A stretch of DNA of 64,000 bases, taken from contig JAZDMR010000034.1 of the NCBI GenBank assembly GCA_043800725.1, positions 4,374-68,373 on the forward strand, in the 5' to 3' direction. The notes under the pieces are model-generated. The model saw only the letters and a list, made by a program, of their open reading frames with translations, was not told the origin of the DNA and did not search any database. This document shows positions 49,201-59,034 of this stretch, piece after piece (position 1 is the stretch's first letter; every line of letters begins with the position of its first letter). A program made the position numbers and the translations under genes. This stretch comes from a bacterium. Its GTDB lineage: Bacteria > Patescibacteriota > Patescibacteriia > HK-STAS-PATE-3.

Positions 49201-49457
49201 GCATTTATAAAATCATTATATTGAGCAACGGCAATCAGAATATTAACAATTATTATAAACAAATTGGCTAACATTTGGACTATCGGGTAGAGTATTCCAT
49301 TGATAAACCAATTCGTAACTGTATCCCCTGGCCCTGCCAAAACACTGCTCTGAGGAAACAGCAGCATACAGACAGCCAAACCGCAGGCCATAATCAGGCC
49401 AACCTGGGTAGGACGATGTTTTTTTATTAATTTTCCAATTCTTGCGAAGTTCTGCAT
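46260..49457 (-). CDS. Extended VirB6/TrbL-like membrane protein
   Basis: GWVIVRDLCN, LINFSKFI, RVIMLWLLIVFSPLAF...WWGEF; Gly/Ala-rich segment; long charged C-terminal extension. Confidence 0.82.
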   Translation of the reverse strand: MQNFARIGKLIKKHRPTQVGLIMACGLAVCMLLFPQSSVLAGPGDTVTNWFINGILYPIVQMLANLFIIIVNILIAVAQYNDFINAVAVVKGWVIVRDLCNMFFIVFLLIIAFGTIFKLEQYRYNRLLGKLIIYAFLINFSKFIAGFWIDIGQVIMLTFVNGFKDAAAGNLASGLGMSNMLTLADNPSVGDVSGTGIYIAVLLAIALLMIAVIVVVIMTITLIFRVIMLWLLIVFSPLAFLTRVFPNTAKYSDQWWGEFNKYIMVGPVMAFFLWLSMTIISVTGADARYEFKEVSKREGSAVIGQVYGTGGGTAMNMSAAISKISESDRLLTYMITIGLLLGSLQAAQQLGVAGSKIAGDWSQKIRTGGLTAAGVLSGVAGARLAMRAARGGVKMAGGAIGRKAVEGIKIGKSMPLSYLTKEFWGGVKARGEERGQITKDWMKAKGRTRIDAFHKRFLGHLPKSSVTDYEEIFRRNLLMTNHAESEKILGSNPTTEKIVQALNAAEKTGGNEGIEDRGGRLISGVKHGNFDDWNQDKIKREIKATKKGKDKKATEEEIIRLMEQHGFDPDVEDHRHYNEETGHHMKVMLMDYLKLDREKYDPDLLAQRELKKIHPEEDWDDLLVRAYVDKEQKALAIIDPIIKKANETTRDNARKAGTEDRFKLMQLETQGELSLENGGHVEQRWGKYDEEEAFAYVMSEPEAAASSMTLLRKQGAQHVYEKSSPHSEVPRYNSLTDGEVKISTDYKNMSVLGRMKLSMAEDATERILSRTAVRIKNQTLGVEGDITNDEAVFTKFGSFYRGDKAEHERIQKEHKLKTGDDITLDEASDIREAQSRDRATALEEISPIAYQKWYRNKFHGNADRADYLVPDPKNKEEGTQEWVVKNVQMAKSSAHMGERIGAVKAEFTVPEEHKVERTEVHNKIINEATTVADESEKVSDSLPKNEEGLTNALHQVSGQMDSIANSIEDLSKSMKEPKIKEELESLAEEIKKNKQSVSNRREFYGGGEQSQKNYFRESGMLLRKLVSAVQESTVEPTSKIGEKAKGDKEDEKKPKPDSGAGPDKK

Positions 49458-49466
49458 TATTATTTA

Positions 49467-52400
49467 TTAGGTGCCTAAAGGCTGTACTCTGACCTCAATG
49501 GGCGATCGGTAGTCAGAATTTTTCCAAGAAGGCGGGAAAGCCTGTAAACCGGCTCCGCAGTTAAAGTTTGAATAAATATCCGAATCAACACAAATACTAA
49601 ACCTGGGCTCGCACACCTGGCCAATCGGACAAGCATCTGACGTGCAATCCGCGCCTGATTCAAATGCGTCCGGTACTGCGTTGCACCAGCCCCAATTGTC
49701 CTCTACCACTATTCTGGGCTGGAACACGCAGGTATCGGTACTGACATCACGACATGGATAGCTCCGATCTGCGGGTATGGTTGAACATGTACCACCCGGG
49801 CAATCATCTTGAGACGTACAAACGTTTCCATTATTTGTTCCATTTTTGCAAAGCGTTTTACAAAAAGCAAGATCATCCCGGTAGCTGGTGTTGCAGAAAT
49901 AGCGATGGCTTAAGACATGGGGCGAGGCTGGATCGGCTTTTGGCGCATAGGGAAAGTAGATTGATTGCTGGTCTGTTTCATCCCAATTAATTAGAATTGA
50001 ACTCAACGGCTGCTGCTCCGTATCGGCCGTGGTATTGAACTTAAGCGTTACCCAGCTGCCATCTCGAATATCAGCTGTTTGCTGATCATTAACAGCTATG
50101 CCAAAAACATTGGGCCGGACTCCGCAATAGTCGGCTTCTGCCGCATTTGTATTGCGACTGCCGCGCTGATGTTCGATAGCGCATGAATCGCCGCTGCAAT
50201 TTCCACTTACAATGCAGGCCATGTTTGAGGTCTGGCAAGTTTTACACATAATATCCGGCGGTTCCCAATTATTAGTCCCGCTTACTTCATTGGTACTTAT
50301 AGGCTGGGACTGGTATTTTCCCAGCTCTGGATTCCATGTCCAGAAACCATAGCTCTGGGCAAACAGCCTTTGTACGTTATCCACTCCGATGCCCAAATCG
50401 TCATACCCTGCAGTGATACCTCCGCCACATTTATCTCCCTCAATATAAGTGCCGCATAACAGATCGCCCGTGTCTTCATCGCCACAATCCCCATCATCAC
50501 TGCAGTAGCACCAGGCTCCGGATATCTCACACTGCCACTTGTCGCGATAATTGTATACTTGAGCGCCTTTATTGCTGAGAGCCCCGCCAATACAAATGTC
50601 ATCCGGATTGGTAGCTGAACAGCAATCTTCAATGTTGCCGGTCGGACATGTATTAGCAGTAAAGTCATAATTTGCCGAACAGCCTTTCAACGAAATAGAA
50701 CAGGTCCCAACACCGCTACACACGCCTTGCTGGCCGTCTGAAGACTTGCAATCACTGGCTAAGCGACATATTTTGCCGTCTTTGACTCCCCCGCCAATAC
50801 AAATCCTTTCAGAGCAATCTCCTTTGCAGGCTGCTGGCAACCCTGCTCGCGTTTGATAGGGAAAAGTGAATAATTCATTGTCGCGCGGCGCTTCGATAAA
50901 CAGCAGCTCGTTCCAAGTGTCTGTATCGCTTGATAGGGTAACCGAACCGCCAAACGGCGACAGGTCAGAGGTCCTTGTATAGTTTGATACTCTGGTCTGA
51001 TATCCGCTACCGATTGATAAGCGTCCGGACCAGGCTTTGTTAGTTCCGTCATCGTTAACAACTTTAACTATCTTATTGCATCTTTCTCTTAATACATACT
51101 CAACTCGAGCCACCATTCCACCATTGGCACCTGATTCATCGCAGCCGTATAATTGATAGCCTTGAAGAATTCCATTGGCATTAAAATCAGCCCTGACATC
51201 AAATTCATTATTACCATAAGCAAACGTAGCAGAGTTATGCCAGCCATTTGATTCATCCAGGACAATGGGACCGAATTCCCAGTCACCATGAGTCCATTCT
51301 ATGGCTCTTATTACTATCATAGATATTTCATTTTTCTCATATTGATCTGCTATCTCAACCGGATAATAACCATCATCATTTGGTCCGCCAAAGGGACCGT
51401 CACCATTACATGAACCAAACAAAGCATTTTCATTACACCCATATATTAAACTTTCTGATCTGCCTTCCGCGCTGGCGTCATAACCGTAAATCAAGCAACA
51501 TCCTGGTTCATTCTGGATATACCCCTCCATGGTAGTTCTGCCCAATTTAACTCCTTCAACTTCAAATGAATACTGTTCCCATTCACAAGGCGTACAACGG
51601 TTTTGATTAAGATCGGCTTTACATCGATATCGAGCGGTGTCCACTTGATCGCCTCCCATTACCCCTTCAGCCTCCATACAGAAATACAAAGGCGTCCGGT
51701 CGTTATAACCCGCTTGGACTTCCGATCCGAAGGTGCCGAAAATATCCGTTTCTCCGCCGATAATGTCAACCGGCCACCAGGAAATGCATCGATCAGTGAA
51801 CTTGGAATCTTTTTCCAGGCAGTATCCGTACCAGCCTTTGTATTGAATGCCGGATTCATCTCGGTATTCGCACAACAAAGAGTCTTCTCGGGGAAATAGC
51901 CGGCAGGACCGGTTTACATATTCGACAATCGGATTTTCATTGGATCCGCCTATTCTTTGAACTCCTAAAACGATTCTGATAGACACGTCATCAATAAAGA
52001 ACGGCTCCGTACTGCCACCGGTTCTGACAAACTGCAAGCTAGCCGTACCGCCCGAAGCTTTGATTGGCTTGGTTATTACGGTCTGCCAGCCGGTAGTCAG
52101 TATTAAATTTTTATCATAATATTGAGAGCCATCCGGTGAGAATAAGCGGGGCCGGACTTCCTGGTTGTCAGGAGTTGATGATTTTATTTTAAATGAAAGA
52201 TAATACTTGGCATTTTCCAGGGTAGAAAAGGATACCAGGGGAGCTTGCGCTCCAGAATAGGCGTCCAACAAGCAAGTGCCTCCTCCTAAACAGGCGGCGT
52301 TGCTGCTACATAAATCGCCTGAATTGGTGCCTCCCTCGCAAACCGGCTGTGAATCAGTCGGATCTATCTTTAAAATATGATTCGGGCTGTTTTGATTTGA

Positions 52401-54113
52401 GGGATCCTCGGCAATCACCATTATTACCGGAGAGGTATTGTCTGATCCGCGCCGTCCAATTGCTTTCCAGGGTTTAGCGGTATATTCAGTTCTGGTCTTC
52501 TGAGTACCGTCCTCGTTAACAGTGGTAATCGCTTCCCTCTGCTCAAAATTTTCATTGCCAATGTTCACGACTGAACCTTCCTGGGGCATATAAAACCAAG
52601 GGAAGTTGCCTTCATAAGAGCCGCTTGGCCATAAATCATTGGGGATATGGCCGGTAGTCCAAGTCAAGCCGACATTAATCGCACCGCTTAAGTAGCGGAT
52701 CTTCTGGATATCATCAGGCGTCTGATAAGTAACATTGGGCGGATAAAAATTAACGCAGGTGCCTAAATCGGGCGCGCATTGATCATTATTGGTACACGGT
52801 TTAAAATCAAATATTCCATCATCTTCTTCCGGGGAACTGCACCACTTACCCGATGTGGGATAGCAAAGCGGGACATCGCAATCAGCTCCGCTTTCGCAGA
52901 AGCGCAAAGGATCGCCGGCGCAATATTTGCCAAACAGCGGCTTGGAGCAGTTGCCGTCAGGACCCAGGGCGGCACAGGCCGACATGTCATAGCATAGTGA
53001 TTCAGTCTGCTTGGTTACCGGATTTTTCACTTCTGTTTGGGTGCGGCAGGTCATCCATTTATTGCAGACGCGGTCTTTTTGGACTTTCAGTACAGTGTTA
53101 GCGTTGCACTTGATCCAGCTCACATAGCAGCCCGGACCGGCCGGCTCCATAAACACTCCGTCTTCATTATAGCAGCTGGGGGGATTGCACTGATAAGCGC
53201 TTATGCCTGAAGTCGGATCGTCTGTACAGGCCCCGCCGTTCCGGCAAGTCTCACCTACCTGGCATTCATAGCCGCATAATTCACAATTCAGCGTTAATCC
53301 TCCGGGCCCGCAATAATAGCCATACTCATTGCATTGATTTATGGGCGTACCGTCTTCTAGGCATACGCCAGGAGTAAAAGTATGATCTTCAAAAGTATTT
53401 CCAGTCTTGAAAGACAGAGGACCATAACTGGCCAAGTTGTTCTCAATGTCAGTCAGCTCAATGGTATAGCCATAAATACTGGAGGCTTGTAAGGACGGCG
53501 CGCCCGGACCAAAGTCAGCCGGATATGGGACACTAAAAGACTGGCCGAAAACTTCGCCCGAATCCGCAGAAAAACCGTCTCCGAGCAAGCCTGGCGCAAC
53601 GATTGTGATAACATATTTGGCATCTTCATTGGTGGCAAAGTTAAACATAGCTGAACAGCAGTTATTATTTACACTCAAATCAATGATCCTGGGCGGATTA
53701 TCATCAGAACCCCCTCCGGCTGGCGTCCAAAACTGAAGTACCGGCCCCCAAGTGCGTTCTGATTCGTCCTCTGAATCCAGCTTGGAACCTACCCGGTATT
53801 CATAGGGCGTGTTGGGGATAAGGGGCTCCATGGGCAGACTATGATTTATCACTAAATCAATTGATGATACGACTTCATTCAAACCAAAACCCAAAATACC
53901 ATAGCGGACCTTGGAGTCAGCGGCTTGGTCCGTGGTCCAGGCAGTAACAGCCCTCTCCGAGGTCCTCTCGATAATTCTGATATCCGAAAGATTGACCACG
54001 CCAGCCAAGGCCTGTTGCCCGCCGCTGATCAAAATAACCGCCACAGCAACCGCAAACAAGCTGGCTAATTTCCAGTTTTTTTTCTTCCGTATTGTCCGCT
54101 TTTTTTTCTTCAT
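49467..54113 (-). CDS. Giant secreted Cys-rich protein with FN3-like and CBM-like domains
   Basis: Signal peptide; WTTDQAADSKVRYG; KVQKDRVCNKW; NENFE jelly-roll-like region; many CxGG...C repeats; EDNWGWC. Confidence 0.8.
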   Translation of the reverse strand: MKKKKRTIRKKKNWKLASLFAVAVAVILISGGQQALAGVVNLSDIRIIERTSERAVTAWTTDQAADSKVRYGILGFGLNEVVSSIDLVINHSLPMEPLIPNTPYEYRVGSKLDSEDESERTWGPVLQFWTPAGGGSDDNPPRIIDLSVNNNCCSAMFNFATNEDAKYVITIVAPGLLGDGFSADSGEVFGQSFSVPYPADFGPGAPSLQASSIYGYTIELTDIENNLASYGPLSFKTGNTFEDHTFTPGVCLEDGTPINQCNEYGYYCGPGGLTLNCELCGYECQVGETCRNGGACTDDPTSGISAYQCNPPSCYNEDGVFMEPAGPGCYVSWIKCNANTVLKVQKDRVCNKWMTCRTQTEVKNPVTKQTESLCYDMSACAALGPDGNCSKPLFGKYCAGDPLRFCESGADCDVPLCYPTSGKWCSSPEEDDGIFDFKPCTNNDQCAPDLGTCVNFYPPNVTYQTPDDIQKIRYLSGAINVGLTWTTGHIPNDLWPSGSYEGNFPWFYMPQEGSVVNIGNENFEQREAITTVNEDGTQKTRTEYTAKPWKAIGRRGSDNTSPVIMVIAEDPSNQNSPNHILKIDPTDSQPVCEGGTNSGDLCSSNAACLGGGTCLLDAYSGAQAPLVSFSTLENAKYYLSFKIKSSTPDNQEVRPRLFSPDGSQYYDKNLILTTGWQTVITKPIKASGGTASLQFVRTGGSTEPFFIDDVSIRIVLGVQRIGGSNENPIVEYVNRSCRLFPREDSLLCEYRDESGIQYKGWYGYCLEKDSKFTDRCISWWPVDIIGGETDIFGTFGSEVQAGYNDRTPLYFCMEAEGVMGGDQVDTARYRCKADLNQNRCTPCEWEQYSFEVEGVKLGRTTMEGYIQNEPGCCLIYGYDASAEGRSESLIYGCNENALFGSCNGDGPFGGPNDDGYYPVEIADQYEKNEISMIVIRAIEWTHGDWEFGPIVLDESNGWHNSATFAYGNNEFDVRADFNANGILQGYQLYGCDESGANGGMVARVEYVLRERCNKIVKVVNDDGTNKAWSGRLSIGSGYQTRVSNYTRTSDLSPFGGSVTLSSDTDTWNELLFIEAPRDNELFTFPYQTRAGLPAACKGDCSERICIGGGVKDGKICRLASDCKSSDGQQGVCSGVGTCSISLKGCSANYDFTANTCPTGNIEDCCSATNPDDICIGGALSNKGAQVYNYRDKWQCEISGAWCYCSDDGDCGDEDTGDLLCGTYIEGDKCGGGITAGYDDLGIGVDNVQRLFAQSYGFWTWNPELGKYQSQPISTNEVSGTNNWEPPDIMCKTCQTSNMACIVSGNCSGDSCAIEHQRGSRNTNAAEADYCGVRPNVFGIAVNDQQTADIRDGSWVTLKFNTTADTEQQPLSSILINWDETDQQSIYFPYAPKADPASPHVLSHRYFCNTSYRDDLAFCKTLCKNGTNNGNVCTSQDDCPGGTCSTIPADRSYPCRDVSTDTCVFQPRIVVEDNWGWCNAVPDAFESGADCTSDACPIGQVCEPRFSICVDSDIYSNFNCGAGLQAFPPSWKNSDYRSPIEVRVQPLGT

Positions 54114-54198
54114 AACTGACTAATAATTATACCTTATTTATCACCCAACCAATAACTTTTTAATTTTTAATTCGTGATTACTATTGGGCAGTTATTTC

Positions 54199-57100
54199 CT
54201 AGCCCCCGCACTGTCCGCAGTTCAAGCCCGCATCACACGACTCGGCCATGAAATGGTAGGTCTGGCCGGATTCTAGAGGATCATCAGAACCACCGATAGT
54301 GATCGCGTGCTCAGTTACGGGCGTGTTTTCAATCTTCGCCTGGCAGTAGTAGCACAGGGGACCCATCTGGCCGTTGGCGCAGTAGCCGTTGCCAATACAT
54401 TTGCCACAGGTACCGAGCGCAGTGCCTTCATAGCAATAGTAAATCCTGGAATCAGACGCTTCATTGGTCGCCCAGGTCATAGTGGCCCAGTTACTGCCCC
54501 ACTGATACTCCAATCCGGTACAGATCGGGGCGGTCGAGTCGTTCAGGACATTAATGGTAATGCTGTCTTGGCCTGGGTTTTGAGAGGTATCTTTGGCAAT
54601 GGCGGTTAAAGTGTGGTTGCCGTTGCTGACCGAGCTGGTGTTCCAGCTCTGTTCGCAATAATAAGGCGCGCAGCCGGGCGGATTGGTATCGGTGCTGATG
54701 GAAGTGCCGTCAACCAGGAATTGGACATCGACAATGCCCACGTTATCAAAAGCTGTTACTTTGAGAGGAATGGTGCCGGAAACTGTTTGTCCGTCAGTGG
54801 GGTCAAACCAGCTGACTTCCGGAAACTCATTGTCGTCAAATGACTCGGTATGACAGACGCCCGGGGGTATGGGAAAGCGGCCGGTGCAATTACCTGATTG
54901 GTCGCAAGACTCTACCTGGTAATAGTAGTCTGCGCCTTCTTGCAGTCCGGACTTGGTAACCAAGTGGTTAATTATATACCCATCTCCTTCGACCTCGGTG
55001 CTGCCGGGAGGCGAAGTTGTGCCATAGTAGAGAGTGCCGTCAGCCGGCTCATCCGTGGTCCAGTTTACTGTGATACTGCCTACGCCGGGCAAGCAAACTA
55101 CTGAGGCCGGATCAATGACTGGCGGATCATTGTCAGTGTCACAGCCTACGACTTTGAAATTTATTTGAGCTTCGCGGTAGTCGTCCGGAGGACCGACAAC
55201 CTGGTCATCCCGCCCTTTGGCGTCAGCTTCGTATTGCTTACACTCGGCAGATCCGCCTGCCAAGACAACCACATTAACGTCAACCGTGCCATCCGGCGGC
55301 GGAGTAACGGTAATTATATCCGAATCATTATCAACAAACCACACGATCACTCCTTGCCACTCATTAGGATAATTCGGAAACATATCTTCGATCGTCATGC
55401 GCACCGGTTCATTAAAGCCATTAATCGAACGGACTTGAACGTCCCAAATACGGCTGCCGCCCTGACTTATATTATAGTATATCCAATCACTGTCAGAGTG
55501 GAATACTTCAAAATCCGGCTGCGGCTCTTCTTCTATTATCAATTCAACAGTGGCAAAATGCGTTTGAGTTAATGGGAGGTCAGTTCCCACGCCTTTAAAG
55601 GTTAGAGTGTAAGTATCCGGCGGCGCGTCTGCAGAAATATTAATAGTCACAACCCGATCAGTTCCGGGATTTGGACTGGGTGTGATATTATTGGGCAGAC
55701 TGGCCGTGGTAATTTTATCTGACTGGTCGCCTTCATCGTCTCCCCAGACTTGGTCTAAGGTTACGTTCACGGGCCAGTTATAAACCGGGATTGTTTCACG
55801 CAAAGTAAGGGTATAATCGACCGAGCCGCCCAGCTCGCCTTCTTGAGAAAGCGGATTTGCCAGAATTTCATAATCAGGGGAATCGCCAACCACCAGCGTA
55901 AGATTAATATAGCGGGTTCGATTCCAGCTCCCGTCCTGGCCCGAGGCCTTCACTTGTATGGTATAGGTGCCTATGGCCAAGCTGGCATTAGTGGTAACTG
56001 TCAGGGTCGAATCGCCCGAACCGTAAGGCGACGCTTTCAGGCTGGCTGTAGAAAAATTTAAGCTGGTGATATTGCCGCCATGATTCGGAATGATTGAATT
56101 GATGGACAGATTAATGTCGAAATTGTACACAGGAGTCGTTTCCTGGAGATGAAGCGGATAAGTTGCGCCACTGCCCGGCTGAATTGTTTCCTGTGAATCA
56201 GCTGAACTGATCGCGAAATCCGGCCCATCAGCAACAATCAATTGAAAGTAAACCACTTGATAAGTACTGGTTCCGATCTTATTGGCGCGCGCGCTTAAAT
56301 CATAGGTATCGCTGACCAGATTGGCCGTATTGATATTCAATGTCAGATTCTGTCCTGGTGCGGACGGAGGAACAAACTGATTGTCGTCTGCCCAGCTAAA
56401 ACGAGTCGCTGGAATGTTGTCACGAGCATACCGTTCGGCCAATACTTCAGAGCTCCAATTATTAAACCCTGTCAGGTTAAACGTGAATTGTGCTTGTTCT
56501 CCTTCATATACAGTCAGGGGCGAATCAGACACTAAAGAAAACTCATAGTAAGGCGCCTCATATATTAGAGTAATGGCATCATAACCATAAAGCCCAATAT
56601 TATCTTTTGCTCGTGCTTCAATAATATTTTCTCCGGGCTGAAGAGGTATTGATGGTCTTGACCAGGTAGCAGTACCCGAAGCTAATAACCAAGTTCCATT
56701 ATTCACGCGAACGTGAACCTGTGAAATACTGCCGTCCGGATCCGAAGCCGTGCCCGAGATTGTAACACTGTCGTTATCCACGATCTCTCCGTCTTCATGG
56801 GAGGTAATATTAATGGTAGGCGGCTGGCCCCGATTGACCACAATCTGCTTAAAGCCCACAAAGCCCGTGGCATCCTCCGCCTCGACCCGGATAGTATTCC
56901 CGCCCACATCCAAAGAAATGGTTTTTGGCCCCCAGCCGACGTTCTGGCTCGAGGTAATATCAATAGGTTGCCAGGCTCCGCCATTAACCTGAACCCGCAT
57001 AGGGTTGTCGATATTATTGTCAGCATCCGTGGCCGTACCGCTCAGATTGATGGTATCCGTATCCACTTGCTGGCCGTTGGTATGGCTGATGATATTCACG

Positions 57101-58773
57101 ACCGGCGGAGCGCCTCGATAAACATTAATAGAAGTAACGGTTGATTGGGAATCGTTATCTGTGGCCTTGGCTTGCAACTGATACGATCCGTAAGAAGAGA
57201 ATGTTTGGCTTTTATCCCAATTATCAAAAGCCCAGGCGCCGCCTCGGTTGGTGGCATTGCTATAAGCTTGGTTTGTGCAAGTGCCCAGACAGGCGCGCAC
57301 TCCGACAGTATCAACGTGTCCGTCATTATCCCCGGCTCGTCCGACGACCAAATACGGACTGGTCGTAATTAATCCGTTATTTACCGGATCAGTAATGGAA
57401 ATATAGGGCGGTACTAATGCGGTGGTGGTAAAAACTTTATCCCCGGAATCAACGCAGACAAAACCATTGCATGACCTCACCTTGTAGTGATAAGTAGTAT
57501 TGGGATTCAGTCCGGTTAACACTCTGCTGTGATCCGGAGACATTGTCGCGCTGCTAACGTGTGTTCCGTAAGCAGTGGTTGGCCCATAATAAACATGGGT
57601 ATCTGAATCCGTATTTGTAGTCCAGCTGATAGTGGCGCTCCGCGGCCCGATCGGATTGGCAGTCGGACCGGAAGTGATGGCTAAATTTGCTTCGTCAGCA
57701 AAGTCATACTTGGTTACCTGCCCGGACGAATTCCGATGAGTTACCCAGATAGAGTCTCCTACTAATTCCAAGCGCATAGGAGGGCCGGCGGCAGAAGTAT
57801 CCGCAATTCCTGTTTGTACGCGCTCGTATGTTTCAGTATTCCATCGCCGGACAACAACTGTATTATTATTATATTCAACTAAATCATAGATACTTTCTTC
57901 TTCATCATAAACAGCATCGCGAATAGTGGCTGAGGCTTGCTCAAAATAGACCGTGGTGAGTAAATCTGCCGGGTCATATACGCGTATATCAAAATAATTA
58001 TGTCCGAAAATCCATACTTTTTCACCGTCCCATATGCTGACTCCCGGATAATCAACATTGACATAATTAAACGAAGTGGAACGGGAATCAATCAATTCAA
58101 GAGTTTGTAGATTGAGAGTTTGTCTTACAAGTTTATATTGATAATTTGATGGCTGTCCGGGAATATGGGTGGTAGCGGCAACAAACAGCGTATTATTATC
58201 GATTGCGTGTACGCCAAATGGATCATAATATAAAGTAGCAGAAGGATACTGATATTCATCCAATAGATTACCTGACTGATCTATCTTATATATTTCACCA
58301 GCGGGCTGCGTTCCGGATTTCCCATAATATCGATTAGACATCTTGCGACTGAATTCATCCGCGTCATATTCAGGAGATGAGCTTCCTGTCTCTCCTCCTC
58401 CAGGATAATATTGGACATCGTCTCCTAAAATACGGATTATCGCGGAAGAATTATTCCCGCTCATTTTTCGCACCCAGATGTATGATCCATCCCAGTGAAT
58501 CGGCCCGGGTACGAAATCCGCCGGCGGATTAATTGTCTTGGTAACGCTGCCATTAGAAGGATTAACCCGCTTAATAACATGATCTTGAGCGCTTGAAAAC
58601 CAAACCGAAGAATTATCATAGGCCACATACGCCTGCTCGACGCCCAGATTATAAACCGTTTTTGTCAGGGCCTGAGCCGGCGCAGTCCACCCCAGTACGC
58701 TAACAACAACCAATATAGCCACGGCGCAAATAAATGACGCGCTGGTAAGTTTGAAAATTTGTGGCTTGGTCAT
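54199..58773 (-). CDS. Giant secreted protein: beta-propeller plus tandem FN3-like and bacterial Ig-like domains
   Basis: Signal peptide; ISWTTNTDSDTHVYYG; repeated PPxIxIxSHxxG...SGTAxD; PDFxI repeats; Cys-rich end. Confidence 0.8.
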   Translation of the reverse strand: MTKPQIFKLTSASFICAVAILVVVSVLGWTAPAQALTKTVYNLGVEQAYVAYDNSSVWFSSAQDHVIKRVNPSNGSVTKTINPPADFVPGPIHWDGSYIWVRKMSGNNSSAIIRILGDDVQYYPGGGETGSSSPEYDADEFSRKMSNRYYGKSGTQPAGEIYKIDQSGNLLDEYQYPSATLYYDPFGVHAIDNNTLFVAATTHIPGQPSNYQYKLVRQTLNLQTLELIDSRSTSFNYVNVDYPGVSIWDGEKVWIFGHNYFDIRVYDPADLLTTVYFEQASATIRDAVYDEEESIYDLVEYNNNTVVVRRWNTETYERVQTGIADTSAAGPPMRLELVGDSIWVTHRNSSGQVTKYDFADEANLAITSGPTANPIGPRSATISWTTNTDSDTHVYYGPTTAYGTHVSSATMSPDHSRVLTGLNPNTTYHYKVRSCNGFVCVDSGDKVFTTTALVPPYISITDPVNNGLITTSPYLVVGRAGDNDGHVDTVGVRACLGTCTNQAYSNATNRGGAWAFDNWDKSQTFSSYGSYQLQAKATDNDSQSTVTSINVYRGAPPVVNIISHTNGQQVDTDTINLSGTATDADNNIDNPMRVQVNGGAWQPIDITSSQNVGWGPKTISLDVGGNTIRVEAEDATGFVGFKQIVVNRGQPPTINITSHEDGEIVDNDSVTISGTASDPDGSISQVHVRVNNGTWLLASGTATWSRPSIPLQPGENIIEARAKDNIGLYGYDAITLIYEAPYYEFSLVSDSPLTVYEGEQAQFTFNLTGFNNWSSEVLAERYARDNIPATRFSWADDNQFVPPSAPGQNLTLNINTANLVSDTYDLSARANKIGTSTYQVVYFQLIVADGPDFAISSADSQETIQPGSGATYPLHLQETTPVYNFDINLSINSIIPNHGGNITSLNFSTASLKASPYGSGDSTLTVTTNASLAIGTYTIQVKASGQDGSWNRTRYINLTLVVGDSPDYEILANPLSQEGELGGSVDYTLTLRETIPVYNWPVNVTLDQVWGDDEGDQSDKITTASLPNNITPSPNPGTDRVVTINISADAPPDTYTLTFKGVGTDLPLTQTHFATVELIIEEEPQPDFEVFHSDSDWIYYNISQGGSRIWDVQVRSINGFNEPVRMTIEDMFPNYPNEWQGVIVWFVDNDSDIITVTPPPDGTVDVNVVVLAGGSAECKQYEADAKGRDDQVVGPPDDYREAQINFKVVGCDTDNDPPVIDPASVVCLPGVGSITVNWTTDEPADGTLYYGTTSPPGSTEVEGDGYIINHLVTKSGLQEGADYYYQVESCDQSGNCTGRFPIPPGVCHTESFDDNEFPEVSWFDPTDGQTVSGTIPLKVTAFDNVGIVDVQFLVDGTSISTDTNPPGCAPYYCEQSWNTSSVSNGNHTLTAIAKDTSQNPGQDSITINVLNDSTAPICTGLEYQWGSNWATMTWATNEASDSRIYYCYEGTALGTCGKCIGNGYCANGQMGPLCYYCQAKIENTPVTEHAITIGGSDDPLESGQTYHFMAESCDAGLNCGQCGG

Positions 58774-58861
58774 GGTGGTGATGTTAGTTGATGATTGGTA
58801 ACTAGTAGTTACGAATTATTTAGTTACTTATTTAATGTATATTAATTATGTTACTTTCTTA

Positions 58862-58905
58862 CTGACTTTTCCGCCTGAGGCGGATGCGCCTATGGCGCAA
58901 GTCAG
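58862..58905. repeat. Intact double 15-mer hairpin element within an outer stem
   Basis: TCCGCC-TGA-GGCGGA + TGCGCC-TAT-GGCGCA (58870-58899), enclosed by CTGACT/AGTCAG; a further GC hairpin lies at about 58944-58974. Confidence 0.8.
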
Positions 58906-59034
58906 GTTGTTAATTAATGCGCCTACGCTGCTCCCTACTGCACTCGCCTGACAGCAAAGTTGTTGGCGGGCAGGAAAGTGATTTTGAAGCTACTAGTAAT
59001 TGCTATTTATTAATTAATAATTGATAACTTTTTA

